Below are positions 8,346 to 18,447 of a stretch of 64,000 nucleotides of DNA, piece by piece. The notes under the pieces were generated by a model. That model was not told where the DNA came from, made no database searches, and saw nothing but the letters and a program-made list of their open reading frames with translations. The position numbers and the translations under genes were made by a program. The stretch is from Clostridia bacterium. GTDB lineage: Bacteria > Bacillota > Clostridia > Acetivibrionales > DTU013. Where the stretch lies: assembly GCA_036260935.1 (NCBI GenBank), contig DATALQ010000013.1, positions 3,080-67,079 on the forward strand, given 5' to 3'. Position 1 is the first letter of the stretch, and each line of letters starts with the position of its first letter.

Positions 8346-9797
8346 TCAGTCGCCCCATTTCAAGACGGGATTGCGTGCTGCTTTTACCTCGTCGAGCCTT
8401 GATACTACGGTAGTGTAGGGAGCATTTCTGACTTTGTCCGGTTCCTCTTCGGCTTCCCTTGCGATACTTATGAGAGTATCCGCAAAGCTGTCCAGCGTTT
8501 CCCTGCTTTCGGTCTCCGTGGGTTCTATCATTATCGCCTCATGTACGATCATCGGGAAATAGACCGTCGGCGGATGATAACCGAAATCCAGAAGCCTCTT
8601 TGCAATATCGAGAGTTCGCACGCCCTTTTCCGCCTGTGCCTCGCCTGACAATACGAATTCATGCTTGCATATCCTGTCGTAAGGCACAGTGAAATACTGC
8701 TTCAGCCTGCCGAACAGGTAATTGGCGTTGAGTACCGCCGTTTCGGACACTTCTCTCAGACCGTCGGGGCCCATTGTTCTGATATAAGCGTATGCCTTCA
8801 ATATGACTCCGAAATTGCCATAGAACGATTTCACCCTCCCGATGGAAAGCGGGTGATCATAGTCGAGTAAATATTTGTTATCCTTCAATTCAACAGTGGG
8901 CCGCGGCAGGAAGGGCACGAGTTCGTTCCTTACACCGACGGGTCCGGAGCCCGGCCCTCCGCCGCCGTGGGGCGTGGCGAACGTCTTGTGCAGATTGAGA
9001 TGGACAACATCGAAACCCATGTCTCCGGGTCTGCATTTGCCCAATATGGCATTGGCGTTGGCGCCGTCATAATAAAGCAGTCCTCCTGCCCCATGAACGA
9101 TTTCGGCTATCCTTGCGATGTTTTCGTCAAACAGCCCGAGCGTATTGGGGTTGGTGAGCATCAGGCCCGCGGTGTCCGGACCGACAGCGGAGGCTAAAGC
9201 TTCGAGGTCTACCCCGCCTCTCGCATCTGATTTGACTTCTACCGTTTCAAAGCCTGCCAGTGCTGCAGACGCCGGATTTGTGCCATGCGCGGAATCCGGG
9301 ATAATGATTTTTCTACGGCCGGTATCGCCCCGACTCTCGTGATATGCCTTTATGATCATCATTCCCGTCAGCTCTCCGTGAGCGCCGGCCGCAGGCTGGA
9401 GACAGAAACGCTCCATACCCGTGATGGCAGAGAGCATCCTGTCCATCTCGTACAGCACCTGCAGGCAGCCCTGCACGGTATCCTCCTGCTGATAGGGATG
9501 AACGCTCCTGAAGCCGTCAAGGTTTGCAATATCCTCGTCGATCTTGGGATTGTATTTCATAGTACAGGAGCCCAGAGGGTAAAAACCCGAATCGACTCCG
9601 TGGTTACGATGGGCCAGATGGGTAAAATGCCTCGCTATGTCGACCTCGCTGACTTCCGGAAGTTCGGTCGCATCGGCTCTGATATATTCTCCGGGTACCA
9701 TTGTTTCCGCAGGCTTCACGGGCACGTCGCATGCAGGCAGGCTGTACGCCTTTCTCCCGGTACGGCTGAGTTCGAAGATAATTTTGTTCTCGTTCAT
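8346..9797 (-). CDS. gcvPB: Glycine dehydrogenase (decarboxylating) subunit 2
   Basis: 483 aa. [15 protein letters not shown] and the PLP site [18 protein letters not shown]. Last gene of the gcv operon. Confidence 0.95.
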   Translation of the reverse strand: MNENKIIFELSRTGRKAYSLPACDVPVKPAETMVPGEYIRADATELPEVSEVDIARHFTHLAHRNHGVDSGFYPLGSCTMKYNPKIDEDIANLDGFRSVHPYQQEDTVQGCLQVLYEMDRMLSAITGMERFCLQPAAGAHGELTGMMIIKAYHESRGDTGRRKIIIPDSAHGTNPASAALAGFETVEVKSDARGGVDLEALASAVGPDTAGLMLTNPNTLGLFDENIARIAEIVHGAGGLLYYDGANANAILGKCRPGDMGFDVVHLNLHKTFATPHGGGGPGSGPVGVRNELVPFLPRPTVELKDNKYLLDYDHPLSIGRVKSFYGNFGVILKAYAYIRTMGPDGLREVSETAVLNANYLFGRLKQYFTVPYDRICKHEFVLSGEAQAEKGVRTLDIAKRLLDFGYHPPTVYFPMIVHEAIMIEPTETESRETLDSFADTLISIAREAEEEPDKVRNAPYTTVVSRLDEVKAARNPVLKWGD

Positions 9798-11305
9798 TAT
9801 CGGTCACCTCCCGCAGCTATTGCGACAAACCGGTCTATCTCCTGCTTCGTACGTTTTTCCGTGACAGCTACGAGCCAGCAGTCCTTCTTCCCGGGATCAC
9901 GCCCCCCGGGATTGAGCTTCCCAGCATCGAACCTCCCGGTATCGAATCTCCTGGGATCGCTCCCCCCGAGATCGGCCCCCCCGAGATCGAATCTCCCGTG
10001 ATCAGACCTCCCGGAGTCGAGGCTCCCGGCATCGAACCTCCCGGCATCGAACCTCCCGAGTTCCAGTCCTCCGATAATGCCGTGCTTCAATAAACGTTCA
10101 TTGATCGCACTTACCGGCTCGTTCAAAGATTTCACGGTAAATTCCTTAAAAAACGGGGCGTCGCTGATCTTTACGAATTTTCCGGTTTCAAGCAGCCTGT
10201 CGCAGGCATAATGCGACTTCTGCAGGCAAAGGTTCGCCGCTTCCTTCAGGCCTTCCTTCCCCATGACGGATAGATAGGCCGCTGCTGCAAGCGCATTCAG
10301 CGCCTCATTGGAGCATATGTTCGAAACCGCCTTTTCTCTTCTTATATGTTGTTCTCTTGCCTGCAAGGTCAGAGTAAAACCTCTTCTGCCCTCGTGATCG
10401 GTGGTTTGGCCCACAATTCGGCCTGGCATTTTTCTGACAAGTTCCTTTTTTGCTGCCAGAAAACCGAGGTATGGTCCGCCGAAGCTAAGCGGATTCCCAA
10501 GCGACTGTCCTTCGCCTGTAACAATATCTACGCCGCACTCTCCCGGAGGTTTCAGCAGCGCAAGTGAAATCGGATCGACGCAGGCTATTGAAAGTGCTCC
10601 GTATTTGGCGGCAAGTTCTGCGACGCTCTTCATGTCTTCAATATATCCATAAAAGTTCGGAGATTGGATTATTATCGCAGCTATGTCGTCCGGACTCTCT
10701 GACAATATAGATTCCAGCCGGCCTTTATCGACAGTTTCGCTGACCGCTTCCACCTCAGTTATTTTTATTCCATTGAACCTTGAATAGCTGCGCAGGGTGT
10801 CCCTGTATTCAGGGTGAATGCCTGTAGCTGCCAGTACTCTGCTGCGACCTGTCGAGCGCACGGCCATGAGGGCTGCTTCTACAAGAGCCGTGGCGCCGTC
10901 ATACATCGAAGCGTTGGAAACATCCATCCCCGTAAGCCGACAAATCATAGTCTGGTACTCGAATATGGCCTGCAGCATTCCCTGGCTTATTTCAGGCTGG
11001 TATGGCGTATAAGCGGTGTAAAATTCGGGCTTGGAGATGATGTGTCCTACTATCGACGGAATGAAATGGTCGTAAGCTCCCGCTCCGAGGAAACAGGGAT
11101 AAGCCTCCGCATTTGCATTCCTTCCTGCCAGGGTCTTCATATGGGAAGCCAACTCAAGCTCCGCCATACTTTCAGGGAGCTCCAGACTCCCCTTGAATCT
11201 CAATTCCTCGGGAATATCCGAAAAAAGCTCCTCAGTACTCGAGAGCCCTATCGCATCCAGCATCCGGGCCCTGTCCTCTTCCGTATCCGGAATGTATCGG
11301 GACAT
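9797..11305 (-). CDS. gcvPA: Glycine dehydrogenase (decarboxylating) subunit 1, with a C-proximal repeat insertion
   Basis: [20 protein letters not shown]..., [39 protein letters not shown] start/stop overlap with gcvPB. Confidence 0.95.
   Translation of the reverse strand: MSRYIPDTEEDRARMLDAIGLSSTEELFSDIPEELRFKGSLELPESMAELELASHMKTLAGRNANAEAYPCFLGAGAYDHFIPSIVGHIISKPEFYTAYTPYQPEISQGMLQAIFEYQTMICRLTGMDVSNASMYDGATALVEAALMAVRSTGRSRVLAATGIHPEYRDTLRSYSRFNGIKITEVEAVSETVDKGRLESILSESPDDIAAIIIQSPNFYGYIEDMKSVAELAAKYGALSIACVDPISLALLKPPGECGVDIVTGEGQSLGNPLSFGGPYLGFLAAKKELVRKMPGRIVGQTTDHEGRRGFTLTLQAREQHIRREKAVSNICSNEALNALAAAAYLSVMGKEGLKEAANLCLQKSHYACDRLLETGKFVKISDAPFFKEFTVKSLNEPVSAINERLLKHGIIGGLELGRFDAGRFDAGSLDSGRSDHGRFDLGGADLGGSDPRRFDTGRFDAGKLNPGGRDPGKKDCWLVAVTEKRTKQEIDRFVAIAAGGDR
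9884..10066 (-). repeat. 15-bp tandem repeats encoding GRFDA-like pentapeptides inside gcvPA
   Basis: Plus strand repeats atcgaacctcccggc-like units. Peptide [58 protein letters not shown]. Confidence 0.85.
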
Positions 11306-11307
11306 TT

Positions 11308-11697
11308 TCAGCCCTCCTTTGCACAGAAATCGGCATACTGCTGATCATTCATCAGCTTATCCGTCTCGGCCGGGTCATCCGCTGCAATGACAGCAATCCA
11401 GTTTTCATAAGGCTCCGCATTGAGCAGTTCGGGGGAATCGTTCAGAACATCATTTATCCTGACAACTGTGCCCGATACCGGCGAATACACATCGGATGCG
11501 GTTTTGACCGATTCTACGACGCTTACCTGCTCTCCTGCCTTGATTTTTTTACCTGCCTTCGGAAGCTCGACAAAAACTATATCGCCCATGGCGTGCTGGG
11601 CGTAGTCCGATATGCCTATGTAAACCTCTCCGCCTTCAAGCCTCGCCCATTCATGCTCCTTTGTGAACCGTGTTCCCTGATACGTTTTCATATACAT
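11308..11697 (-). CDS. gcvH: Glycine cleavage system H protein
   Basis: 129 aa. Lipoyl-lysine motif VESVKTASDVYSPVSG. Confidence 0.95.
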   Translation of the reverse strand: MYMKTYQGTRFTKEHEWARLEGGEVYIGISDYAQHAMGDIVFVELPKAGKKIKAGEQVSVVESVKTASDVYSPVSGTVVRINDVLNDSPELLNAEPYENWIAVIAADDPAETDKLMNDQQYADFCAKEG

Positions 11698-11827
11698 CCT
11701 CCTCGATTGATTTATTTTCTGCTTCTATTATTTATTGCTTAAATCAGTTACTCCTTAGAAGTTTATTGCTTAAATACGGCACTCCTTAGAGATTTCTTGC
11801 TTAAGTATTACACTGTTCCGACGACCC

Positions 11828-13075
11828 CTAGCGATTCCTCACCCTTCTATAAAAAGGCAGCTCGACGATACGCGCAGAATACATGGCTTCGCGCACCTTT
11901 ATCCGGATAATATTGCCCTGTGCCATACCGGCTGCCTGGGCGTCGCCCGATTCCCTGGCGCCGGAGCCGCGATAACCGGCTGAATCGCCGATATCAATTT
12001 TTCCCCCATCCTTACCGGCGGCATTCTCCCTGGAAGTCAGGTCTATCAACGCAAGCCCCATGTTCTTTTTTAAGGTTGGGAAAAAGCCTCCGCTTGTCAC
12101 ATAACCCGCCTTACAATCGCCGATAGATACCTCGTAACCACTCCTTGGCACGGCCCGGTCGATCATCTCGAAGCCTGCGAGCCGGCTGCCGGGGTTTCCC
12201 GAAAGCTGCTCCGCCAAAGGTTTTCTTCCTATGAAATCACCCTTTTCGGGCTTTACGAACCTCTGAAGTCCCGCCATCACTGGAGTTATGACCTCGGACA
12301 ATTCCTGCCCGTACAACGGCATGGCCGATTCCAGTCTGAGCGTATCCCTGGCGCCCAATCCAGCCGGTTCAAGCCCGCATGGTCCTCCCTTTTCAATGAG
12401 GAGCTCCCACATTCTTGCGGCGTCCTCGGGCCTGCAGTATATTTCAAAACCGTCCTCCCCGGTATAACCCGACCTGGAAAGCATTACCTTAATACCTCCA
12501 ACTGTCGCGTCGGTCGCATAATGATAATATTTCAGCCGGTCGGGGTCATCAGTCATAAGCTGTCTCAATATGTTTACCGATTCGGGTCCCTGCAGGGCAA
12601 GCTGGGCAAAGTCCTCCGAACGGTCGGTAATGGTGACATTTCCTCTCTTGTTTTCCTTCAGCCATTCAAAATCCTTGGCAATATTAGCTGCATTCACCAC
12701 CAGCAAATACTTATCATCATTTAGCTTATAGACAATCAGATCGTCCACCGTACCACCGTCAGGATAGCACATCGGCGAATATACTGCCTTTCCGGGCTTC
12801 GCAGCGATATCGTTGGTCAACATCCACTGCAGATAATCCACTGCGTCCCTTCCGCTCACTTCCAGCTCTCCCATGTGGGAGACGTCGAACAATCCGGCTT
12901 TTGACCTGACACATTCATGTTCCTTCAAGATACCGCCGTATTGCACCGGGAGCAGCCAGCCGTGAAAATCCACGATCTTGCCGCCGGCAGCTACATGCTC
13001 GTCATACAGCGGCGTCTTCCGGGGTTCGTGCGGTTCGTTCGGTTCGTTCGGTTCGTGCAATTCCTGTTTCTCCAT
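11828..13075 (-). CDS. gcvT: Aminomethyltransferase (glycine cleavage T protein) with an N-terminal EPN repeat and a C-proximal insertion
   Basis: TPLYDEHVAAGGKIVDFHGWLLPVQY, GLFDVSHMGE, LALQGP. HEPNEPNEPHEP at 13021-13060 is encoded by the 9-bp unit GAACCGAAC. An extra about 40 aa lies at 11914-12043. Confidence 0.95.
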   Translation of the reverse strand: MEKQELHEPNEPNEPHEPRKTPLYDEHVAAGGKIVDFHGWLLPVQYGGILKEHECVRSKAGLFDVSHMGELEVSGRDAVDYLQWMLTNDIAAKPGKAVYSPMCYPDGGTVDDLIVYKLNDDKYLLVVNAANIAKDFEWLKENKRGNVTITDRSEDFAQLALQGPESVNILRQLMTDDPDRLKYYHYATDATVGGIKVMLSRSGYTGEDGFEIYCRPEDAARMWELLIEKGGPCGLEPAGLGARDTLRLESAMPLYGQELSEVITPVMAGLQRFVKPEKGDFIGRKPLAEQLSGNPGSRLAGFEMIDRAVPRSGYEVSIGDCKAGYVTSGGFFPTLKKNMGLALIDLTSRENAAGKDGGKIDIGDSAGYRGSGARESGDAQAAGMAQGNIIRIKVREAMYSARIVELPFYRRVRNR

Positions 13076-13178
13076 TCAGGTTCCCTCCTGTCAATATTAT
13101 GCGTTAAATTTTACAAATCACTGCACATCAGCTTAACAAGCAAGAATAATCGAAAAGCGGCACTAAATGAAGCAGGCA

Positions 13179-13231
13179 GCAAAAATAAAAACAGAGAAAA
13201 ATAACAAATAATAAATTGTCATTTTCTCTGT
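13179..13231 (-). terminator. Intrinsic terminator (expression platform of the glycine riboswitch)
   Basis: Minus strand reads acagagaaaa-(loop)-tttttctctgt followed by TTTTTATTTTT. The 5' arm overlaps the end of aptamer 2. Confidence 0.7.
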
Positions 13232-13428
13232 TCCGTAACCTGAGAGATTCGATCCGCCCGGACCTTATGTATTATCCCGCGCGGCCTTGCTCCTTCGGTG
13301 CTTTTTAAGCTTTTCAGAGTTTAGTCAGTCTGCAGCCCTTTTGCCTGAAAGATTCATTACGGGGTTGACGCCCCCGCAATTTACTTCTTCGGCTCCCGCC
13401 ATACTAACGGGACTCTCCTGCAGCCATC
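13228..13428 (-). promoter_or_regulatory. Tandem glycine riboswitch upstream of gcvT
   Basis: The minus strand carries both aptamer cores: caGGAGAGtcccg...gggaGCCGAAGaagtaa...tCAGGCAAAAGGgc and CTCTGaaaagc...gCACCGAAGGAGCAAggcc...CTCTCAGGt. Confidence 0.8.
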
Positions 13429-13459
13429 ATCCTGCAATATTAAGTTGTTCCGCTTTCTA

Positions 13460-14716
13460 TTATATTACTTTGCCTGCCGTTTTGCCACAGTTAAAGTTTC
13501 TGTTTGCTAGCCATTCGGCTAAGTCCAGCGTCATACGCCTGCAGCTGTCGGCAGAGATGCAACCGGCCGTCAGCACTGCCCCCACGTCCGAAATGAGTCC
13601 TGCTGATTCTGCCCCCGAGATATGTCCCGCGCCCACGTTCGAAACAAACCCTGCTGATTCTGCCTCCGAGATATATCCTGCGCCCAAGTCCGAAATAGAG
13701 CCAGTGGCGGACCCACCCGATACACAGACAGCTTCGCCAGCCTCCGAAACTGCGCCCGCACCCTCCTTCGGGATAGTCCCCGCGGCATCTGTGAGGCGCC
13801 TTGCCAGTTGTCCGGAATCATACGGACAGCCTTCGAATATCCCCGGCAGCGCCTCTATATATGCCTCTTCCATTGCATCCGAAAAAACCTTTGCCTCGCT
13901 TATAATACCATTCTCTATCTTGAGGCCTATTTGCACGCCGCCCCAAATAAACCTGTTTTCAAGCTCGACGTCGAACCCGGTTGTCTCGCCGTACCGCCAT
14001 TCCCACGAAGAATACCTGGAATACAGCTCCTCTATAGCCTCCCTGTTTTCCAGCCTGTCGCTTATGGAATATTCTACAGGCACAGTACAGCCGTAAATGC
14101 TGCGGAAGGACGAAATGAGCGCCTGCGCCGTTGTCTCGACTGTGAGTCCGGGCATTAATTCCGTCAGGTTCACTACTCTGGACTGCACTGACTTTATTCC
14201 CTTGGATTTCATTTTGTCCTCGGAGACCTGCAGATACCTTGCGAGCTTTTCGAAATCGGCGGATACCAGTATTGTACCGTGATGATATGCCCTGTCGCCC
14301 CTGATGTAGAACGCATTCCCGGAAAACTTGCGGCCGTCGGCGGTCAGATCGTTCCTGCCGCTCTTTTCAGCCTCGATCCCAAGGGCTTTAACGGCATTGA
14401 GGATCGTTTCAAGCTGTTTTTCCTGATTATATTCTTTTTTGTCCGCTATAAAGGTAAAATTGAGATTTCCAAGATCATGAAAGACCGCTCCTCCTCCGGA
14501 AAGCCTTCTGGCAAGCTTTCCGCCTTCGCTTTCCAGCAGTTCGGTCCTGCACTCGCGCCATGGATTCTGGTTACGGCCTATTACGACGGTATTTTGATTC
14601 TGCCAGAGGTATAAAATGCATTGCCCCGGCTCAACCCGCGTCAGCAGGAATTCCTCTACCGCCAGGTTCCACCAGGGATCCTTCGTACTAGTATGTATGA
14701 TTCGCGCACCGTTCAT
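13460..14716 (-). CDS. lplA: Lipoate-protein ligase A with a C-proximal repeat insertion
   Basis: WWNLAVEEFLL, VVIGRNQNPWRE, RRLSGGGAVFHDLGNLNFTF, SGRNDL...GRKFSGNAF. Confidence 0.9.
   Translation of the reverse strand: MNGARIIHTSTKDPWWNLAVEEFLLTRVEPGQCILYLWQNQNTVVIGRNQNPWRECRTELLESEGGKLARRLSGGGAVFHDLGNLNFTFIADKKEYNQEKQLETILNAVKALGIEAEKSGRNDLTADGRKFSGNAFYIRGDRAYHHGTILVSADFEKLARYLQVSEDKMKSKGIKSVQSRVVNLTELMPGLTVETTAQALISSFRSIYGCTVPVEYSISDRLENREAIEELYSRYSSWEWRYGETTGFDVELENRFIWGGVQIGLKIENGIISEAKVFSDAMEEAYIEALPGIFEGCPYDSGQLARRLTDAAGTIPKEGAGAVSEAGEAVCVSGGSATGSISDLGAGYISEAESAGFVSNVGAGHISGAESAGLISDVGAVLTAGCISADSCRRMTLDLAEWLANRNFNCGKTAGKVI
13564..13774 (-). repeat. About 51-bp tandem repeats encoding AESAGxISxVGAGxISG-like units inside lplA
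   Basis: Peptide SISDLGAGYISEAESAGFVSNVGAGHISGAESAGLISDVGAV. The nucleotide repeats are visible at 13570-13760. Confidence 0.8.
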
Positions 14717-14889
14717 ATGAAGAAGCCTCCGAATTTATTTTATTATACTGTTCCCTTTCTTATATTTCAATCTTTAAGATTTGACCGAAATTAGGCCCCG
14801 TGAACCTTTTTATGCGTCACATGTAACATAAATCTTTGTCTAAAAATATTATGTAAAAGAACCATTTATTTTTAAAGGAGTGTTAATTT

Positions 14890-15123
14890 GTGAAGTATCA
14901 GGAATCAAATTTCGGCTCGAGAGCAGAATTTGGAGAGTACATCAAAAAAGCCATACCCGATTTGTTCGCTGGCAGACTTGCAGTTGAAGGTAAAACAGTT
15001 GCAATTCCCTCGGATCTTGATCTGGATTACAAGATCAAGTACGACGAAGATGACGCAGGCGGCTCGTTCACTCTCAAAGTAGCCTGGGAAAACCCCAACG
15101 TCGAAATCAATCTTGATGAATAG
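14890..15123 (+). CDS. Amphi-Trp domain protein (small acidic protein)
   Basis: 77 aa, GTG start behind AAAGGAG. The pattern GRLAVEGKTVAIPSDLDLDYKIKYDEDDAGGSFTLKVAWE fits my memory of the amphi-Trp domain. Confidence 0.55.
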   Translation: MKYQESNFGSRAEFGEYIKKAIPDLFAGRLAVEGKTVAIPSDLDLDYKIKYDEDDAGGSFTLKVAWENPNVEINLDE

Positions 15124-15177
15124 GGGAACGGGATATTCAGGGGGAGCATTCCCCCTGATACCGTATCATGCAGTAAT

Positions 15178-16251
15178 ATGGACAGCATCGAATCATTGCG
15201 GGAGAAAGAGGTGACCGGAATGCTGCCTGCAGTAAACGAACCACTCGAACAGGTACTAAAAAATTATCCATACAAAATATCTGAAATCAGGGGTGAATCC
15301 TACAAAGGCAAAAAAGGGGTATGGTGGATCACTACAAATGAAGGGACAAAGATACTAAAAAAGGTTTCAAATTCAGAACAGACCCTTCGGTTCATATTGG
15401 ATGCGGTCAGGCATTTGACTGCAAACGGTATCAACCTTCCGGGGGTCAGCCTGACAAAGGACGGAAAGGAATACGTCTGCCTCGACGATGTCTGCTATGT
15501 CCTGTCGGAGGCGATAGAAGGCAGGAATCCCAATTACGGCGCTGCTGAAGAGCTGGCACTGGTCGCCCGGTCTCTTGGAAAATTTCACAAGGCATCCAAA
15601 GGCTTTCGCCCGTCACCGGACACAAAGCCCAAATACCATCTCGGTTTGTGGATCGAGGACTATACCGAACAATTGACCGATATCAAAGCATATTATGAAA
15701 GCGAGTGTTTGAAAAAAACTCGCGACGCGATCGGGAATGCCGTGGTCAGCAATTTCCCTCTTTTTTACGAACGCGCGCAGAAAGCAATCGAAGGCCTGAA
15801 AGGACAGGAATATGATGACTGGACAAAGGAAGCCGAAAAGGCGGGCTGCCTGTGCCACCAGGATTATGCCGCAGGAAACCTTATCCTGACCCCGAAGAGC
15901 AGGCTGTTCGTGCTCGATACGGATTCAATAACCGTGGATATAGCTGCAAGAGACATACGAAAGCTTTTAAACAAGGTAATGAAAAAAGCGGGCAAATGGG
16001 ATGCGGATACTACCAGGCGCATTCTGAAGCAATACCAGGCGGAAAACCCTCTGACAGCATCACAGTGGGAGGTTGTAAGGCTGGATCTCCTTTTCCCCCA
16101 CCTCTTTCTCGGCGCCGTAAATAAGTTTATCTACAAGCGGGATGCGGAGTGGTCGAATGAAAAATATCTTGAGAGGATCATTGAGATGACAGGTTTTGAA
16201 AAAAGCGCACTGCCGGTAATGGAAGACTTCAAGTCCGTTATACCCGTATGA
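15178..16251 (+). CDS. CotS-family spore coat protein (kinase-like fold)
   Basis: LCHQDYAAGNLIL catalytic-loop-like motif, DTDSITVDIAARDIRKLLNK, KFHKASKGF. The likely true start is ATG at 15220, behind AGAGGTG. Confidence 0.8.
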   Translation: MDSIESLREKEVTGMLPAVNEPLEQVLKNYPYKISEIRGESYKGKKGVWWITTNEGTKILKKVSNSEQTLRFILDAVRHLTANGINLPGVSLTKDGKEYVCLDDVCYVLSEAIEGRNPNYGAAEELALVARSLGKFHKASKGFRPSPDTKPKYHLGLWIEDYTEQLTDIKAYYESECLKKTRDAIGNAVVSNFPLFYERAQKAIEGLKGQEYDDWTKEAEKAGCLCHQDYAAGNLILTPKSRLFVLDTDSITVDIAARDIRKLLNKVMKKAGKWDADTTRRILKQYQAENPLTASQWEVVRLDLLFPHLFLGAVNKFIYKRDAEWSNEKYLERIIEMTGFEKSALPVMEDFKSVIPV

Positions 16252-16270
16252 TGGTTCCCGGCTGAAAGGA

Positions 16271-17311
16271 TTGATTTTTTTGGAGAACGAAAAGGACGCG
16301 GCATTGAGTACAAAGGCTGCAGAAAGCCTGGCTCTGAACGTTTTAAAGGCGTATGGAATTTCACCGGAAAGCCTGACAATGGTGCAGGGCGGGAGTATAA
16401 AAACAGTCTGGAAGCTTTCTTCAAATGGCAGGCGGCTCTGTTTGAAGAGGCTAAAACAAACAATGGATAAAGCCGCATTTTCTGTTAACGCTCAGATTTA
16501 TGTACAGGAGGCAGGCGGAAAGGTCCCCGGGGTTATCCTGAATAAATCGGGACAGCCCATTACCGAATACAAAGAACAGCTTTTCGTAGTCTATGATTGG
16601 GTAAACGGAAACGATCTGAACTTCGGGATCCAATCAGATTTAAAACAGGCGATACAGGGGCTTGCAGCGTTCCATAAGGCTTCAAAGGGCTACGCTCCGG
16701 ATGAACAGGCCAGGGTATCCACAAAGCTTGGAAAATGGCCCGAACAATATGCTTCAATGAAAAACAAGCTCACCGAGTGGAAGAAAGCCGCCCGTAATAA
16801 CACTGCAAATCCTGCACACCAGGCTTATTACGATTATGTCGATTCCGTTATCGGCATAGCGGGCAGAGCCATAGAGAGACTCAATACGTCAAAGTATGCG
16901 AAGCTGACGGAACCGGGGTCGACATCAATCGTACTGTGTCATCAGGACTTCGGCAGGGGGAACGTTCTCTCCGCGGCAGACGGAACCTACGTGCTGGATC
17001 TGGACGGAGTAACACTCGATCTGCCGGCAAGGGATCTGAGGAAAATAATAGGAAAGCTGGCCGGCAATGCGGGAAACTGGTCGGCTGAAACCATCAGGGG
17101 TATCCTTGGCTGGTATACCGAAATAAACCCGCTGTCCGAAGATGAAAAACAAGTTCTTTATATAGATCTAATGTTTCCACATCGTTTTTACGGCCTGGTC
17201 AAAAACCTTTATCAAAATGTGAAAGCACTGAAAGCCTCGGAAATAGAACGGACCGCCAAGCTCGAGGAGGCTGGTGAGGAGCTTTTAAAAACTATGCTCG
17301 AAAAGGAGTGA
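16271..17311 (+). CDS. CotS-family spore coat protein, paralog
   Basis: LCHQDFGRGNVL, DLDGVTLDLPARDLRKIIGKL, AFHKASKGY. Paralogous to the upstream gene. Confidence 0.8.
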   Translation: MIFLENEKDAALSTKAAESLALNVLKAYGISPESLTMVQGGSIKTVWKLSSNGRRLCLKRLKQTMDKAAFSVNAQIYVQEAGGKVPGVILNKSGQPITEYKEQLFVVYDWVNGNDLNFGIQSDLKQAIQGLAAFHKASKGYAPDEQARVSTKLGKWPEQYASMKNKLTEWKKAARNNTANPAHQAYYDYVDSVIGIAGRAIERLNTSKYAKLTEPGSTSIVLCHQDFGRGNVLSAADGTYVLDLDGVTLDLPARDLRKIIGKLAGNAGNWSAETIRGILGWYTEINPLSEDEKQVLYIDLMFPHRFYGLVKNLYQNVKALKASEIERTAKLEEAGEELLKTMLEKE

Positions 17312-18447
17312 ACATCTTGAAGATCGCCTTCATATGTACGGAAAAACTTCCGGTACCGCCCGTCGCAGGCGGGGCCATTCAGCTATATATCAGCGGGATA
17401 TTACCCTGGCTCTCCGGCAGACATGATATAACTGTATACGGCGTCCAGCATCCGGGTCTGCCCAATGTCGAGACAATGGATAATGTAAAATATATAAGGG
17501 TACCCGGCAAAACCGATACTCTTTATGTAAGCAGTCTGAAAGCAGCATTGGAGCCCGGTTTTGACCTGGTCCACGTATTCAACCGTCCGCGTTTTATGCT
17601 GGCGCTTTCGGATAAGTTCCCTGAAACAAAGTTCAGTTTAAGCCTTCATAACGAAATGTTCCATCCGGAAAAAATACCTGACGCGGATGCACTCCGCTGC
17701 GTCAAAAAGGCGGAATTTATAAATACGGTAAGCAGGTTTATAGCCGACACAGTCGTTAAAAGAGTACCGGAAGCGGAACAAAAGCTCCGCGTAGTTTATT
17801 CCGGCGCCGATCCCTTACAATACCATGTGCCCTGGTCTCCCGAAGGCGAGGCCATAAAGCGCGAAATCAAGCTCAAATATGGACTTGGGGACCGCAAGAC
17901 CGTTCTTTACGTAGGAAGGCTGAGTGTCAAAAAGGGTGTCCATGTTCTGCTAAAAGCCATGGAAAAAATAATGAGCAGCAGAAAGGATGTTGCTCTTGTA
18001 GTTGTCGGAAGCAAATGGTACGGAAATAATGAAAAAGACGATTATGCCAATTCGGTGCTGGCCGCGGCAAAGAATCTTCCGGGGCCCGTAGTTTTAACAG
18101 GCTTCGTCCCTCCTTCAGAAATTCCGTCCCTTTATAATATTGGAGATATTTTCGTCTGCGCGTCCCAATGGAACGAACCCCTGGCCAGGGTACATTACGA
18201 AGCTATGGCCGCCGGCCTGCCCATCATCACCACAAACAGGGGCGGTAATGCAGAGGTCGTCGAGGGCTATGGAAACGGGATCGTTATAAATGAATACAGC
18301 GATCCTTCAGCATTTGCCTCAACGATAACACAGCTCCTTGACGATCCGGTTTCTGTGCGGGAAATGGGCATGGCGGGCAGAAAGCTGGCTGAAGAAAGAT
18401 TCAATTGGGAAAGGGTCGCCGCAGAGGTTTTGGGGGGTCAGCAATGA
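17308..18447 (+). CDS. GT4-family glycosyltransferase (CotSA-like)
   Basis: MNILKIAFICTEKLPVPPVAGGAIQ..., GRLSVKKGVHVLL, EPLARVHYEAMAAGLPIITTNRGGNAEVV. 4-nt overlap with the preceding gene. Confidence 0.85.
   Translation: MNILKIAFICTEKLPVPPVAGGAIQLYISGILPWLSGRHDITVYGVQHPGLPNVETMDNVKYIRVPGKTDTLYVSSLKAALEPGFDLVHVFNRPRFMLALSDKFPETKFSLSLHNEMFHPEKIPDADALRCVKKAEFINTVSRFIADTVVKRVPEAEQKLRVVYSGADPLQYHVPWSPEGEAIKREIKLKYGLGDRKTVLYVGRLSVKKGVHVLLKAMEKIMSSRKDVALVVVGSKWYGNNEKDDYANSVLAAAKNLPGPVVLTGFVPPSEIPSLYNIGDIFVCASQWNEPLARVHYEAMAAGLPIITTNRGGNAEVVEGYGNGIVINEYSDPSAFASTITQLLDDPVSVREMGMAGRKLAEERFNWERVAAEVLGGQQ

Noticed and set aside
6549-10066. Regular short repeats considered as a possible CRISPR array (also at 13564-13774, 55590-55690 and 63606-63850)
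   Set aside because: The units (9-60 bp) are contiguous with no unique spacers, lie in frame inside conserved genes, and no cas genes are present.
13287-14096. 269-aa plus-strand ORF
   Set aside because: It is antisense to the clearly identifiable lipoate-protein ligase and is kept open by the repeat tract. It also overlaps the glycine riboswitch.
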